Assembly (NCBI GenBank): GCA_016292575.1
Contig: JAEDIH010000001.1
Coordinates: forward strand, 1 to 40,515
Length of the DNA: 40,515 nucleotides
Reading direction: 5' to 3'
From: Clostridiaceae bacterium
GTDB taxonomy: Bacteria > Bacillota > Clostridia > Oscillospirales > Acutalibacteraceae
The number at the start of each line of letters is the position of its first letter. Position 1 is the stretch's first letter. The position numbers and the translations under genes were made by a program. Under the pieces are notes generated by a model. That model was not told the DNA's origin. It searched no databases and saw only the letters and a list, made by a program, of their open reading frames with translations. This document shows, piece by piece, positions 7,923-17,631 of the stretch.

Positions 7923-10028
7923 CTAATGCCCGAACACCGCATTGACAAGCACGCAGAAAACAATTCCGTAAACAGTTGGAACAAGGAAGGAAAGCGCGGT
8001 CCATTTGAAGCTTTTTGTCTCCTTCCATATTGTCAGCAGCGTTGTTGAACACGGAAAATGCATCAGCGAAAACAAGATGAAGCATACGCCCGTGACAGCC
8101 GTCCAGCCGTTTTGCGTAAGTATGGAAAAAACGGAGGAAATGTCCGATGCATTTACCAAAACGCCCTGAGAAGTATAGCACATCAGCGCTACGGGGAGCA
8201 CTATCTCGTTTGCAGGAAAACCGAGTATGAACGAAAGCAGAACAACACCGTCAAGTCCCATCAGTCTGCCCGGAGCGTCAAGAAACTGCGCAATGTGAGT
8301 GACTATTGCCGCGTCGCCTGCTTTTATGTTCGCCAGAAGCCAGATGACAAGACCCATCGGCGCAGAAACACAGACAGCCCTTGAAAGCACAAACAAAGTG
8401 CGGTCAAAAACGCTGCGCACAAGCACTGAGCCGATTTTCGGCACTCGGTACGGCGGCATTTCAAGCGTAAACGCCGAGCTTTCGCCTTTGAGCACCGTTT
8501 TGGAAAGTATATACGACGCTGAAAAGGTTGCAAGCACGCTGAAAACAATTACGAGTGTTAGTATTCCTGCGGCGGCAAAGGGTCTGACCGCTTTTGCAAG
8601 CGGCGCGGCAAAGAACATTGAAATGATTGCAATAATGGTCGGAAAGCGTCCGTTGCAGGGAACAAAAGCATTTGTCAGAATTGCTATGAGCCGCTCCCTT
8701 TTTGAGTCGATTATCCGGCAGCCGACAACTCCGGCAGCATTACAGCCAAGTCCCATGCACATGCAAAGACTCTGCTTTCCGCAGGCACTGCATTTTTTGA
8801 AGCAGTGGTCAAGATTGAACGCAACGCGCGGAAGATAGCCTAAATCTTCAAGCAGAGTGAAAAGAGGAAAGAAGATTGCCATCGGCGGAAGCATTACGGA
8901 AACGACCCACGCCATTGTTGTGTACACTCCGTCTATAAGCGCGCCGGTAAGGTAAGAGCTGGCGTTCAGCCTTTCAAGCAGTGCTCTGAGCCTGTCGCCG
9001 AGCGAGAAAAGCAGGCGCGACAACAGCTCGGACGGATAATTCGCCGCATAAATAGTGATGAAAAGCACAAGAGTAAGAAGCAGCAGCATTACCGGTATTC
9101 CGGTTTTTGCTCCCGTAAAAACCTTGTCAAGCCTGCGGTCAAGGCTGTCGTTGCGCTTTGTGCAGTCAACGCAGCTTTCGGCAAGGCTTTTTGCCCTTGA
9201 AAGCAGGGAAAGCGTCATGCTGTCGCGCAGCGAGGCCTCGGTCAGATGCCCCTTTGAAAGGATTTCGCGCGCTTGAGAAAGGCTTTCCCTAAGACGTGCG
9301 TTCTCCTCAATTTTCCTGCCGCAGCTTTTTTCATAGGCTTCAATAAAGCTTTCATCGGAAAAAAGCAGCTGCGCTTTTATAAAGCGGCGGTTCCTCCCCC
9401 GAACTCCCTCAAGACTTTTTATTGCCGTTTCAACCGCAGTGTCATAGCTGAACGGGGCGCGGTAGCGCTGATTTTGCGCACACACCTCGCCGATTTTCCT
9501 CTTCAGCAGTTCAAGCCCCTTCCTGTTTTTTGCATCGGTACACACTACCGGCACACCGAGAAGCTCTTCAAGCTTTTCTGCGTTAATTTTTATGTTCTTC
9601 TTTTTGGCTTCGTCAAAAAGGTTCAGGCAGACCACTGCGTTTCGTGTGACCTCAAGCACCTGCAAAACAAGCGCAAGGCTCCTTTCAAGCGTTGTGCAGT
9701 CGCAGACAACAACAACACAGTCGTTCTTTTCAAAGCAAAGAAAATCCCTTGCAACAGCCTCCTCCTGCGAATGAGGAAAAAGCGAATATGTTCCGGGAAG
9801 ATCCACAAGCGAAAATTCCCTGCCGTCCTGCGTAAAGGTTCCCACCGCCGATGTCACGGTCTTTCCGGGCCAGTTACCCGTGTGCTGGTGAAGCCCCGTC
9901 AGAGCGTTGAACACCGTGCTTTTTCCAACATTGGGATTGCCGGCAAGAGCCACTGTTTTTGTGTTTTCTGCAATTTTCAGCTCCTTTTGCGCTGCGTTTT
10001 TTCCGGTTGATCCGCCTGAAAGACCCAT
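7923..10028 (-). CDS. feoB: Ferrous iron transporter FeoB
   Basis: 701 aa. N-terminal G domain (GNPNVGKSTVFNALTG, DLPGTYSL) followed by a polytopic membrane domain. AGAGGGTG SD. Confidence 0.95.
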   Translation of the reverse strand: MGLSGGSTGKNAAQKELKIAENTKTVALAGNPNVGKSTVFNALTGLHQHTGNWPGKTVTSAVGTFTQDGREFSLVDLPGTYSLFPHSQEEAVARDFLCFEKNDCVVVVCDCTTLERSLALVLQVLEVTRNAVVCLNLFDEAKKKNIKINAEKLEELLGVPVVCTDAKNRKGLELLKRKIGEVCAQNQRYRAPFSYDTAVETAIKSLEGVRGRNRRFIKAQLLFSDESFIEAYEKSCGRKIEENARLRESLSQAREILSKGHLTEASLRDSMTLSLLSRAKSLAESCVDCTKRNDSLDRRLDKVFTGAKTGIPVMLLLLTLVLFITIYAANYPSELLSRLLFSLGDRLRALLERLNASSYLTGALIDGVYTTMAWVVSVMLPPMAIFFPLFTLLEDLGYLPRVAFNLDHCFKKCSACGKQSLCMCMGLGCNAAGVVGCRIIDSKRERLIAILTNAFVPCNGRFPTIIAIISMFFAAPLAKAVRPFAAAGILTLVIVFSVLATFSASYILSKTVLKGESSAFTLEMPPYRVPKIGSVLVRSVFDRTLFVLSRAVCVSAPMGLVIWLLANIKAGDAAIVTHIAQFLDAPGRLMGLDGVVLLSFILGFPANEIVLPVALMCYTSQGVLVNASDISSVFSILTQNGWTAVTGVCFILFSLMHFPCSTTLLTIWKETKSFKWTALSFLVPTVYGIVFCVLVNAVFGH

Positions 10029-10041
10029 AGCTCACACCCTC

Positions 10042-10263
10042 TTAATATATTATGACTCCGTCAGCGTCCTCATTGCGTATTGCAATGACGGCGTCCTTGA
10101 TGAGATATGACTTTATGTCGCCGAAAAAGCTTTCCTGGAGGCAGGCAACGTATGTTCCCGGAACTATTCCGAGCTCTTGAAACCGGCGTCGCATTGCTCC
10201 GTCTGTCAGAATATTATGAACAACACTGTTCTCCCCCTTGAGGAGGGACGAAAGAGTTTTCAT
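10042..10263 (-). CDS. feoA: FeoA-family small protein
   Basis: MKTLSSLLKGENSVVHNILTDGAMRRRFQELGIVPGTYV.. is an SH3-like FeoA fold signature. The gene lies 13 nt upstream of feoB. ATG 10263 is preferred (AAAGG 10 nt upstream) over the track start at 10356. Confidence 0.85.
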   Translation of the reverse strand: MKTLSSLLKGENSVVHNILTDGAMRRRFQELGIVPGTYVACLQESFFGDIKSYLIKDAVIAIRNEDADGVIIY

Positions 10264-10397
10264 CTTTTTCATCCTTTCGTTTTTTTGCTCATTATCATCA
10301 TACGCACAAAAAGAGCCGGGGTGAAAGCTTTTTTGAAGCAGACTCTGAACGGGCAAAAAAGTTCAAATCCGAAAGACGTAAAAAAGGAAAAAAGTTC

Positions 10398-10426
10398 TTG
10401 ACATAAGGAGCAAAAAATAGTACGCT
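10398..10426 (+). promoter_or_regulatory. Candidate sigmaA promoter for the aconitase-X operon
   Basis: TTGACA, a 17-nt spacer, then TACGCT (perfect -35, weak -10). It is followed by hairpin TCCGCC-GAAAAGC-GGCGGA at 10441-10459 in the roughly 70-nt leader. Confidence 0.4.
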
Positions 10427-10500
10427 GTTATCAGGCGGACTCCGCCGAAAAGCGGCGGACGCATTACTTCGTTTTTCCGAAGCAAAAGGGAGGAAATTTA

Positions 10501-11784
10501 ATGTCAGTCATTTTAACCGATGAACAGCAGGCTATCCTTGACGGCTCAAAGGGCTCAACAATGGCCAAGGTCATGAAAACGCTTGTTATGTTCGGTGAAG
10601 CGTTCGGAGCCGAAAAAATGGTTCCCGTCACTTCAAAGTATAACCACCTTGTAACCTCGTTCGGTCTTGGGGTTCTTCAGCCGGTTTACGACCTGATGAA
10701 CACCCTCATTGAAGCCGGGGTCAAGAGCGGACAGAAGTTTTCCGCCGATCCCCGTCCGTGCGACCCGAACGTTCCGAAAAACTTTCTTCAGAACCTCATT
10801 TTCAATAAGTTCATGTATAACAAGCAGGATTTCTATGAAAACCAGCTTCAGCAGCTCGGTCTTATGGACAAGGACGCCTTTACCTGCACCTGCTACATGG
10901 ACGAGGTCGGCAACAAGCCGAAAATGGGCGATGTGCTCAGCTGGTCGGAATCCTCCGCCGTTGTTTACGCAAACTCAGTGCTCGGCGCGCGCTGCAACCG
11001 CAACTCCGGCATCATGGACATCATGGGCTCAATCGTGGGCTACGTTCCTTATTTCGGTCTGCTCACCGACGAGGGAAGAAAGGCTACATGGGTCATAAAA
11101 ATTGAAACCGAAAAGAAGCCCGAAGCGCAGCTTCTCGGCTCTGCAATCGGCATGAAGGTTATGGAGGACGTCCCATTTGTCAAGGGTCTTGACAAGTGGC
11201 TCGGAACCGAGCTAACCGACGAAGCGTGCACCTATCTCAAGGATTTCGGCGCCGCAACCGCCTCAAACGGAGCTGTCGGTCTTTATCACATTGAAAACCT
11301 CACTCCCGAAGCAAAGCTTCAGGGAGAAAAGCTCCTTGCAGACAATGTCAGAGAATATGTCATTGACGACGCAGAGCTTGAAAGAGTTAAAAGCAACTAT
11401 CCCATTGTCTGGAAAGACAAAAATGCCAAACCAAAGCTTTGCTTCATCGGCTGTCCGCATATGTCGCTGCGGCAGCTCAAGGACTGGACGGACAGGGTTG
11501 AAGCCTCACTCAAAAAGTACGGAAACAAAAAAGTTGTTATCCCCACCGTGTTCACTGCCGCTCCCGGCGTTCTTAAGGAGTTCAACAAGACCTCGTACGC
11601 CGCAAGGCTCAAAAATGCCGGCATTGTTACCTCATACATCTGCCCGCTCATGTACATGAACAATCCTCTTTGCGCAAAGATGCCGGTCATTACATCGTCA
11701 AACAAGCTGCGTACCTATACCACGGCGCGCTACTACACTGATGATGAAATCCTCGTTCAAATTACGAAGGGAGGAAACAAATAA
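10501..11784 (+). CDS. Aconitase X catalytic subunit (DUF521 family)
   Basis: 427 aa. The N-terminus MSVILTDEQQAILDGSKGSTMAKVMKTLVMFGEAFGAEKMVPVTS is typical of DUF521/AcnX large subunits. GGGAGG SD. Confidence 0.8.
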   Translation: MSVILTDEQQAILDGSKGSTMAKVMKTLVMFGEAFGAEKMVPVTSKYNHLVTSFGLGVLQPVYDLMNTLIEAGVKSGQKFSADPRPCDPNVPKNFLQNLIFNKFMYNKQDFYENQLQQLGLMDKDAFTCTCYMDEVGNKPKMGDVLSWSESSAVVYANSVLGARCNRNSGIMDIMGSIVGYVPYFGLLTDEGRKATWVIKIETEKKPEAQLLGSAIGMKVMEDVPFVKGLDKWLGTELTDEACTYLKDFGAATASNGAVGLYHIENLTPEAKLQGEKLLADNVREYVIDDAELERVKSNYPIVWKDKNAKPKLCFIGCPHMSLRQLKDWTDRVEASLKKYGNKKVVIPTVFTAAPGVLKEFNKTSYAARLKNAGIVTSYICPLMYMNNPLCAKMPVITSSNKLRTYTTARYYTDDEILVQITKGGNK

Positions 11785-12227
11785 TGAAAGAATTCAAAGG
11801 AAGAGTTGTCACTCCCGGAACGGCTTCGGCAACGGCTGTTGTTTCCCACGGCGGCTTCAACACGCTTGCCTCGTTCCAGAAATCGCTCCAGTTCGGCGAT
11901 AAGCAAGCCAAGTGCGGCGACCAGAATAACCCTGATCTTTACGGCAAGCCCCTTGCCGGCGTTGCGCTTTGTCTGCCGCAGACAATCGGTTCAACCACCG
12001 GCGGTCTTGTCCTTTACTGCGCCTGTGCAATGAAAAAGCAGCCTGCATGTATGCTTTTTGCAAACCACATTGACTCGCTTGCAGCCTCGGGTGCAGTCCT
12101 TGCTGAGGTCTGGATTGACGATGTGACAATGCCCGTTATCGACTGCTTGGGCAACGAGTTTCTCGACTATGTTAAAACAGGCATGAAAATAACCGTTAAG
12201 GAAGACGGAACGGTTGTTGTTGACTGA
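11784..12227 (+). CDS. Aconitase X swivel-domain subunit (DUF126 family)
   Basis: 147 aa, with the start overlapping the upstream stop (TAATG). The sequence KGRVVTPGTASATAVVSHGGFNTLASF...IGSTTGGLVLY is DUF126-like. Confidence 0.8.
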   Translation: MKEFKGRVVTPGTASATAVVSHGGFNTLASFQKSLQFGDKQAKCGDQNNPDLYGKPLAGVALCLPQTIGSTTGGLVLYCACAMKKQPACMLFANHIDSLAASGAVLAEVWIDDVTMPVIDCLGNEFLDYVKTGMKITVKEDGTVVVD

Positions 12228-12242
12228 CAATAATAATAAAAG

Positions 12243-12290
12243 CCGCACGGCTGCCGTTTTTGGCAATCGTGCGGTTTATTGCTTTATTAA
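12243..12290. terminator. Bidirectional intrinsic terminator (aconitase-X operon / V-ATPase operon)
   Basis: CCGCACG-18 nt-CGTGCGG, flanked by aataataataaaa on the left and TTTATTGCTTTATT on the right. Confidence 0.7.
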
Positions 12291-12293
12291 GAA

Positions 12294-12917
12294 CTAAATT
12301 CCTTTTTTGTTATCCTTGTTTTTCTTTGTAATTTTAAGGCGTGAAAAATCTTCGCGCTCCTTTTCCTCAAGCGCATCAGTAATGTATTTCACCGTAACCT
12401 CAAAACGGGGTATCATGATGTTTGAAAGCGCGTTGGAACGCTTTTGGGTTTTTTTGACCGCGTCCGCAAGACGGCAGACCGAGTTTTCAATTTCGGCAAG
12501 CCTTGCGGTAAGTATTTTAACCTTTGAAAAAAGCGCGCAGGCCTCGTCAAAATCTGAATTGGTCTGGAAAAAACCGAAAGAGCTGACGTCCGTCACCTGC
12601 TCGCTCACTTCAACCGTCGGTATTTCAACGCCCATAACGCTGCGGTAGTCAATTTTGAGGTCATCGCTGACAGGGATAGCCTCGGCAAAGCGCGAGCAGT
12701 CACCGAGGGTAAGGCTTGCTTTCCTCAGCGCGGCATACGCTTTTTCATAAACAGTGCCTATGCTTTCCTGAACGGCTTTTGCCTCGTCAATGAGTCCCAT
12801 CATCTCGCGCACAAGGATATTACGCTTCCTGTCCATCAGGTCGTATCCGAGCCGGGCAAGCTCAAGGGACTTTTTGGTGCTCATTAAATTGGCTTTGGTT
12901 GGAAAGACCTGCGGCAT
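12294..12917 (-). CDS. ntpD: V/A-type ATPase subunit D
   Basis: MPQVFPTKANLMSTKKSLELARLGYDLMDRKRNILVREMM is a canonical subunit D N-terminus. AAGGAG SD. Confidence 0.93.
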   Translation of the reverse strand: MPQVFPTKANLMSTKKSLELARLGYDLMDRKRNILVREMMGLIDEAKAVQESIGTVYEKAYAALRKASLTLGDCSRFAEAIPVSDDLKIDYRSVMGVEIPTVEVSEQVTDVSSFGFFQTNSDFDEACALFSKVKILTARLAEIENSVCRLADAVKKTQKRSNALSNIMIPRFEVTVKYITDALEEKEREDFSRLKITKKNKDNKKGI

Positions 12918-12923
12918 TCAGAC

Positions 12924-14309
12924 TCACTCCTTTTTATCGGTTTCGCGTTTGAGATATTTTTTGAGTATCGCCTCGTCAACACGGTCAAGCTCACTGTCCG
13001 GAAGCATTGAAAGAAGCTTCCAGCCGAGGTCGAGAGTCTGCTCAATGGTTCTGTTCTCGTTTTCGCCCTGATTGATAAATACCCTTTCAAACTCCTTGCC
13101 GAAGTTCATAATGAGCTTATCGTTCTGCGAAAGCTCGTCTTCACCGATAACCGAGGCAAGTGCCTTTGCGTCCTGAACCTTTGCATAGGAAGCAAAAAGC
13201 TGGTTTGCAAGCGCCTGGTGATCCTCTCTCGTGTAGCCTTCGCCGATGCCGTCCTTCATAAGACGCGACAGCGACGGAAGAACATTGACCGGCGGATAAA
13301 CACCCCTTGTGTCAAGACCTCTGTCAAGAACAATCTGACCCTCGGTAATATAGCCGGTAAGGTCGGGTATCGGGTGAGTGATATCATCATTCGGCATTGT
13401 AAGAATCGGTATCTGAGTGACCGAACCCGGCGAATCCTTGATAATGCCCGCGCGCTCATAAAGCGTTGCAAGGTCGGAATAAAGATAGCCCGGATAGCCC
13501 TTTCGGCCGGGAATTTCACCCTTTGAGGAACTGAATTCACGCAGTGCTTCGCAGTAAGAGGTCATGTCGGTAAGAATAACGAGAATATGCTTTCCGAGCT
13601 CGTATGCAAGATATTCCGCGGCGGTGAGTGCGCAGCGCGGAGTTATGATTCTTTCAATAATAGGATCGTTGGAAAGGTTGAGGAACATTACAACCCTGTC
13701 CATTACGTTCGCTTTTTCAAACGAGGAGCGGAAATACTGCGCAACATCGTTCTTGACGCCCATTGCGGCAAACACGATTGCAAAATCGTCGTTATCTGCA
13801 ATAGAAGCCTGACGGACAATCTGAACGGCAAGCTCGTTATGACTCATGCCCGAACCGCTGAAAATCGGAAGCTTCTGACCTCTGATGAGGGTTGTAAGGC
13901 AATCGATGGAGGAAATTCCGGTCCGGATATAGTTCTTTGGATAAATACGGGAAACCGGATTTATCGGCTTTCCGTTGATATTCATGCACTTTTGCGGAAA
14001 AATTTCGCCAAGACCGTCTATCGGGCGTCCGAGACCGTCAAAAACCCTGCCGAGTATTTCAGGCGAGAGCTTCATTTCCATCGGCTTTCCCGTAAGGACG
14101 GTGGTGGTGTTCACCATTGAAATTCCGCGGGTTCCCTCAAAGACCTGAACGGCAGCCTTGTTGCCCTCAATGGCAACAATTCGACCCGTTCGCTTTGTCT
14201 TGTCCTCAAGCTCAATTTCAACAAGCTCCTCATTCATGGGCTTTTTAACGCCGTCAAGGATAACAAGCGAGCCGTTTACTTCGCTGAGTCCTTTATGCTC
14301 AATAATCAT
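12924..14309 (-). CDS. ntpB: V/A-type ATPase subunit B
   Basis: 461 aa with conserved blocks ([40 protein letters not shown]). Confidence 0.96.
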   Translation of the reverse strand: MIIEHKGLSEVNGSLVILDGVKKPMNEELVEIELEDKTKRTGRIVAIEGNKAAVQVFEGTRGISMVNTTTVLTGKPMEMKLSPEILGRVFDGLGRPIDGLGEIFPQKCMNINGKPINPVSRIYPKNYIRTGISSIDCLTTLIRGQKLPIFSGSGMSHNELAVQIVRQASIADNDDFAIVFAAMGVKNDVAQYFRSSFEKANVMDRVVMFLNLSNDPIIERIITPRCALTAAEYLAYELGKHILVILTDMTSYCEALREFSSSKGEIPGRKGYPGYLYSDLATLYERAGIIKDSPGSVTQIPILTMPNDDITHPIPDLTGYITEGQIVLDRGLDTRGVYPPVNVLPSLSRLMKDGIGEGYTREDHQALANQLFASYAKVQDAKALASVIGEDELSQNDKLIMNFGKEFERVFINQGENENRTIEQTLDLGWKLLSMLPDSELDRVDEAILKKYLKRETDKKE

Positions 14310-14321
14310 TGTTATCCCTCC

Positions 14322-16082
14322 TTATTTTTTGAGATATGAGGCAAGGGTGCTGTCTATTTCGGTAATATAATCGTCAAGCATTGAAAGCTTGTCGTTCGGA
14401 ACATCATACTTCATTTTGACAAGCTTATCGAAAAGTCCGGTTGAAATGAGCTTTGACATCGGAACCTGAAGCGCAACAATCTGGCGGCACTTGTGATAAA
14501 GGTGCAGAATTGCGTGCATCATTTTCAGCTGCTTTTCAAGCGAAACAAAGGTATCGTCCTTGTGGAACGCATTCTGCTGCAGGAAGCCTACGCGGATAAC
14601 ACGGGCTATCTCGATTGTCAGCTTTTGGTCATCGGGAAGAACGTCCGCGCCGATGAGCTTGACAATTTCCATAAGCGAGCTTTCCTCATACAGAATTGAG
14701 CAAAGCTCCTCGCGGTACTTGATAAAATCGTCTCCGACATTATCATGATACCACTCCTCCAGCTCGGGAACATATTCGCTGTAGCTGTCGTTCCAGTTGA
14801 TGGCAGGGTAATGCCTTGCGTATGCAAGGGCTTTGTCAAGCGCCCAGAAGCAACGGGTAAAGCGCTTGGTATTCTGAGTAACTGGTTCGGAAAAATCCGA
14901 GCCCTGAGGCGAAACGGCGCCGATAATTGTTACCGAGCCCTCGCCACCGGAAAGAACCTCCATATAGCCCGCTCTTTCATAAAATTCGGAAAGTCTTGAC
15001 GGAAGATAAGCCGGGAAGCCCTCATCGGCAGGCATTTCTTCAAGTCTGCCGGAAATTTCACGCAGAGCCTCCGCCCAACGCGAGGTTGAGTCTGCCATAA
15101 TGGCGGTATGATAGCCCATGTCGCGGTAATATTCCGCAAGGGTGATGCCGGTGTATATCGAAGCTTCACGAGCGGCAACGGGCATATTCGATGTGTTTGC
15201 AATAAGCACCGTTCTGTCGGTCAGGGGTCGCCCGTTCTTCGGGTCTACAAGCTCCGTGAATTCCGAAAGTGCCTGAGTCATCTCGTTTCCGCGCTCTCCG
15301 CAGCCGACATAGATGATTATATCCGCGTCGCACCATTTTGCAAGCTGGTGCTGAGTCATTGTTTTTCCTGTTCCGAAACCGCCGGGAATTGCCGCCGCTC
15401 CGCCCTTTGCAACCGGGAAAAGTGTGTCAATAACACGCTGACCCGTTACAAGCGGACGCGAGGCCGGAAGTCTGTTTTTAACCGGTCGCGGAATTCGGAT
15501 CGGCCATTTCTGGCAGAGCGTCAGCTCATGCTTTTCGCCGTTTTCGTCCTCAAGAACGGCTATTACGTCGTTAACACGGTAAAGACCGTCCTTTTTTACC
15601 GAAATAATCTTTCCGGAAAGCAGAGGAGAAAGCATGATTTTATGCATGATAACCGGCGTTTCCTGCGTTTCGGCATACACCTGTCCGCCGGAAAGGATGT
15701 CGCCCTCTTTAACGGTAAGACGAACCTCCCACTGCTTTTCCTCGTCAAGAACGGAGGTTGAAATGCCCTTTGAAATGAAGCAGCCGCTCATTTTTTCAAG
15801 AGCCGGGAGCGGACGCTCGATACCGTCAAAAATATTGCTGATTATTCCGGGACCGAGGGTGACGCACATCTGAGAGCCGGTTGAATACACCTTTTCTCCG
15901 GGGCAGAGACCGTCGGTTTCCTCATAAACCTGTATTGTTGTTTTGTCGTTTTCAATCCCGATAACCTCGCCGGCAAGGCGCGCCTCTCCGACATAGACCA
16001 TCTCCAGCATTGAAAGATCGGTCTTGCCCTTGATGGTAACAACAGGACCGTTGATTCCGTATATAAGATTTTCAGTTGCCAT
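14322..16082 (-). CDS. ntpA: V/A-type ATPase catalytic subunit A
   Basis: Walker A GGFGTGKT and CGERGNEM, PADEGFPAYL motifs. ATG 16082 (GAGGTGA SD) is preferred; the track start at 16106 would overlap the subunit E stop. Confidence 0.96.
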   Translation of the reverse strand: MATENLIYGINGPVVTIKGKTDLSMLEMVYVGEARLAGEVIGIENDKTTIQVYEETDGLCPGEKVYSTGSQMCVTLGPGIISNIFDGIERPLPALEKMSGCFISKGISTSVLDEEKQWEVRLTVKEGDILSGGQVYAETQETPVIMHKIMLSPLLSGKIISVKKDGLYRVNDVIAVLEDENGEKHELTLCQKWPIRIPRPVKNRLPASRPLVTGQRVIDTLFPVAKGGAAAIPGGFGTGKTMTQHQLAKWCDADIIIYVGCGERGNEMTQALSEFTELVDPKNGRPLTDRTVLIANTSNMPVAAREASIYTGITLAEYYRDMGYHTAIMADSTSRWAEALREISGRLEEMPADEGFPAYLPSRLSEFYERAGYMEVLSGGEGSVTIIGAVSPQGSDFSEPVTQNTKRFTRCFWALDKALAYARHYPAINWNDSYSEYVPELEEWYHDNVGDDFIKYREELCSILYEESSLMEIVKLIGADVLPDDQKLTIEIARVIRVGFLQQNAFHKDDTFVSLEKQLKMMHAILHLYHKCRQIVALQVPMSKLISTGLFDKLVKMKYDVPNDKLSMLDDYITEIDSTLASYLKK

Positions 16083-16102
16083 TTTTCTCACCTCAAAGGC
16101 AG

Positions 16103-16696
16103 TCATTCAATTGAAAGAGCCGAGCGTTCCTTAAAAAGCTCCCTCTGCGCCGCAACGCGGCTTTCAAGGGTATCAACGGCAAAAACCGTCCTTTCCGCAT
16201 TGGAAGCAGACGCTCCGCCGAGCTTTATATCACCGCTCTTTTCAAAAGCCGCAACTCCCTTTATGTCCGCAAGCTTCTCCCTGCAAAGAGGAAGGTCGCT
16301 CTCTCTGACATAAATCACCGCGCCGTCGCCTATTTCGGCAACCAGGGACGTAATGCTCTTTCTGAGGAAAGAGACATAGTCCGCGCTTTTTGTGAAAGCG
16401 GCAAGCTTTTCGTTAACCTTTTCAAAAACGGACGAGGTGATTTCCTCGCGCTTTTTTGCAAGGTTCTTTTTGCTCTGCGAAACAAGGGCGGAAATTCTGC
16501 TGCCCTTTCGGGTAGTAATCCTCTGCGCTTCATATTCAAGGCGGCTTTCAAGCTCTGCCTTTGCCTTGCTTTCAAGGTCCTTTAGCTGTTCTTTTCTGAA
16601 TTTTTCAGTCTGCTTTTCAATCTTCTTGCACTGCGAAAGAGCATTCTTGTTTATAATCTCAGAAAAGCGCTCTATCTTATCATTTTGATTAAGCAT
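16103..16696 (-). CDS. ntpE: V/A-type ATPase subunit E (peripheral stalk)
   Basis: 197 aa with a long N-terminal charged coiled coil and a globular C-terminal half, located within the operon. Confidence 0.85.
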   Translation of the reverse strand: MLNQNDKIERFSEIINKNALSQCKKIEKQTEKFRKEQLKDLESKAKAELESRLEYEAQRITTRKGSRISALVSQSKKNLAKKREEITSSVFEKVNEKLAAFTKSADYVSFLRKSITSLVAEIGDGAVIYVRESDLPLCREKLADIKGVAAFEKSGDIKLGGASASNAERTVFAVDTLESRVAAQRELFKERSALSIE

Positions 16697-16758
16697 ATCT
16701 TTCCCTCATTTCCCGGTATTCGGCAAGAGTGTGCCTCGTGGCACTTTTTTCATGCCGG

Positions 16759-17064
16759 TTATACCTGAATTCCGACCGCATCGCGGACATAAGCCGTGAT
16801 GGAATCGGTACCGGCGTCCGGGTTCTTCATGTCCGGTATTTCCGTTATCAGAAGCCCCGTGCGCTTTTTTTCTTCAAGGACAGCGTTCGGATAGGCGGTG
16901 GAAAGCGACCTTGTTACAAGGGCAATGCCAACGGTCTCCTCTTTCCGGGCAAAGTCAAATGCGGCTCTGAGCGCCTCCTCGTTTTCAACGAGCGTTCCCT
17001 CAACGCCGGCAAGCCTGAAGCCCGTCAGCGTATCTTCGTCACTACTCAAAAGATACATTCTCAT
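16759..17064 (-). CDS. ntpF: V/A-type ATPase subunit F
   Basis: 101 aa. The sequence YLLSSDEDTLTGFRLAGVEG...GIALVT is typical of subunit F. Confidence 0.88.
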   Translation of the reverse strand: MRMYLLSSDEDTLTGFRLAGVEGTLVENEEALRAAFDFARKEETVGIALVTRSLSTAYPNAVLEEKKRTGLLITEIPDMKNPDAGTDSITAYVRDAVGIQV

Positions 17065-17069
17065 GATTA

Positions 17070-17558
17070 TCAGACCTTGTTAAGGATAAGAATTGAAATA
17101 ACAACACCGTAAAGCGCAATGGATTCGCCCAAGGCAACAAAGATAAGGCTCTTACCGAAGGATTTGGGATCTTCGCTGGTTGCAGCAATAGCCGCCGGAG
17201 CGCCGGCCGCAACGGCAATACCGCCGCCGATGCCTGCAAGACCGGTTACAAGACCGGCCGCAAGAAGACCGAGACCGTTTGCGGAGGACTTGGTTTCTTC
17301 GTCCTGAGCGTTATCGGAAGCTGCGGCTGTTTCCGAGGTGTCCGGAGCAGCTGCAACGTCGGGAACGCCGCTTTCGGCCGAGGCGCAAAAAGCAAAAACG
17401 CTGACCATTACAATAAGAACAAGAAACGCTGCAAGGTTAACTCTCATAGCCTTCCTGACAGACCTACCCTCCATCCTCTTTTTAAAGGTGAAGAACGCGG
17501 AAAGAGCAAGACCTGCTGCGGGAACGATGATTGCCAAAGCATAAAAAATACTGTTCAT
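17070..17558 (-). CDS. ntpK: V/A-type ATPase proteolipid (c/K) subunit: a single hairpin plus an atypical N-terminal extension
   Basis: The C-terminal roughly 70 aa (GLGLLAAGLVTGLAGIGGGIAVAAGAPAAIAATSEDPKSFGKSLIFVALGESIALYGVVISILILNK) form a classic c-subunit hairpin with the essential Glu. The first roughly 90 aa are two hydrophobic helices plus an acidic Ala/Ser/Thr-rich linker. The first ATG has a strong SD (GGAGG, 8 nt). Confidence 0.88.
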   Translation of the reverse strand: MNSIFYALAIIVPAAGLALSAFFTFKKRMEGRSVRKAMRVNLAAFLVLIVMVSVFAFCASAESGVPDVAAAPDTSETAAASDNAQDEETKSSANGLGLLAAGLVTGLAGIGGGIAVAAGAPAAIAATSEDPKSFGKSLIFVALGESIALYGVVISILILNKV

Positions 17559-17631
17559 TTTAATTTCCTCCGATATTAATTGATTTTATATATTTCATAT
17601 TTTTATTGACTGCCGTGCGAAAAAACTGTGG

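Noticed and set aside
9273-10010. Long antisense ORFs in the six-frame track: 9273-10010 opposite feoB, 15108-15761 opposite ntpA, 23086-23697 opposite the FAD oxidoreductase, 25357-25923 opposite panE, 27795-28313 opposite rpsB, and 2247-3212 opposite the Big_2 array.
   Set aside because: Each lies fully inside a gene with unmistakable family motifs on the other strand. They have no SD and low-complexity or Arg/Ser/Cys-rich translations typical of shadow ORFs.
10285-10303. Fur-box-like sequence upstream of feoA (minus strand TGATAAT-G-AGCAAAA).
   Set aside because: Only one 7-mer half (TGATAAT) matches the 7-1-7 Fur motif and the second half matches about 3 of 7. That is too weak to call without comparative or binding data.
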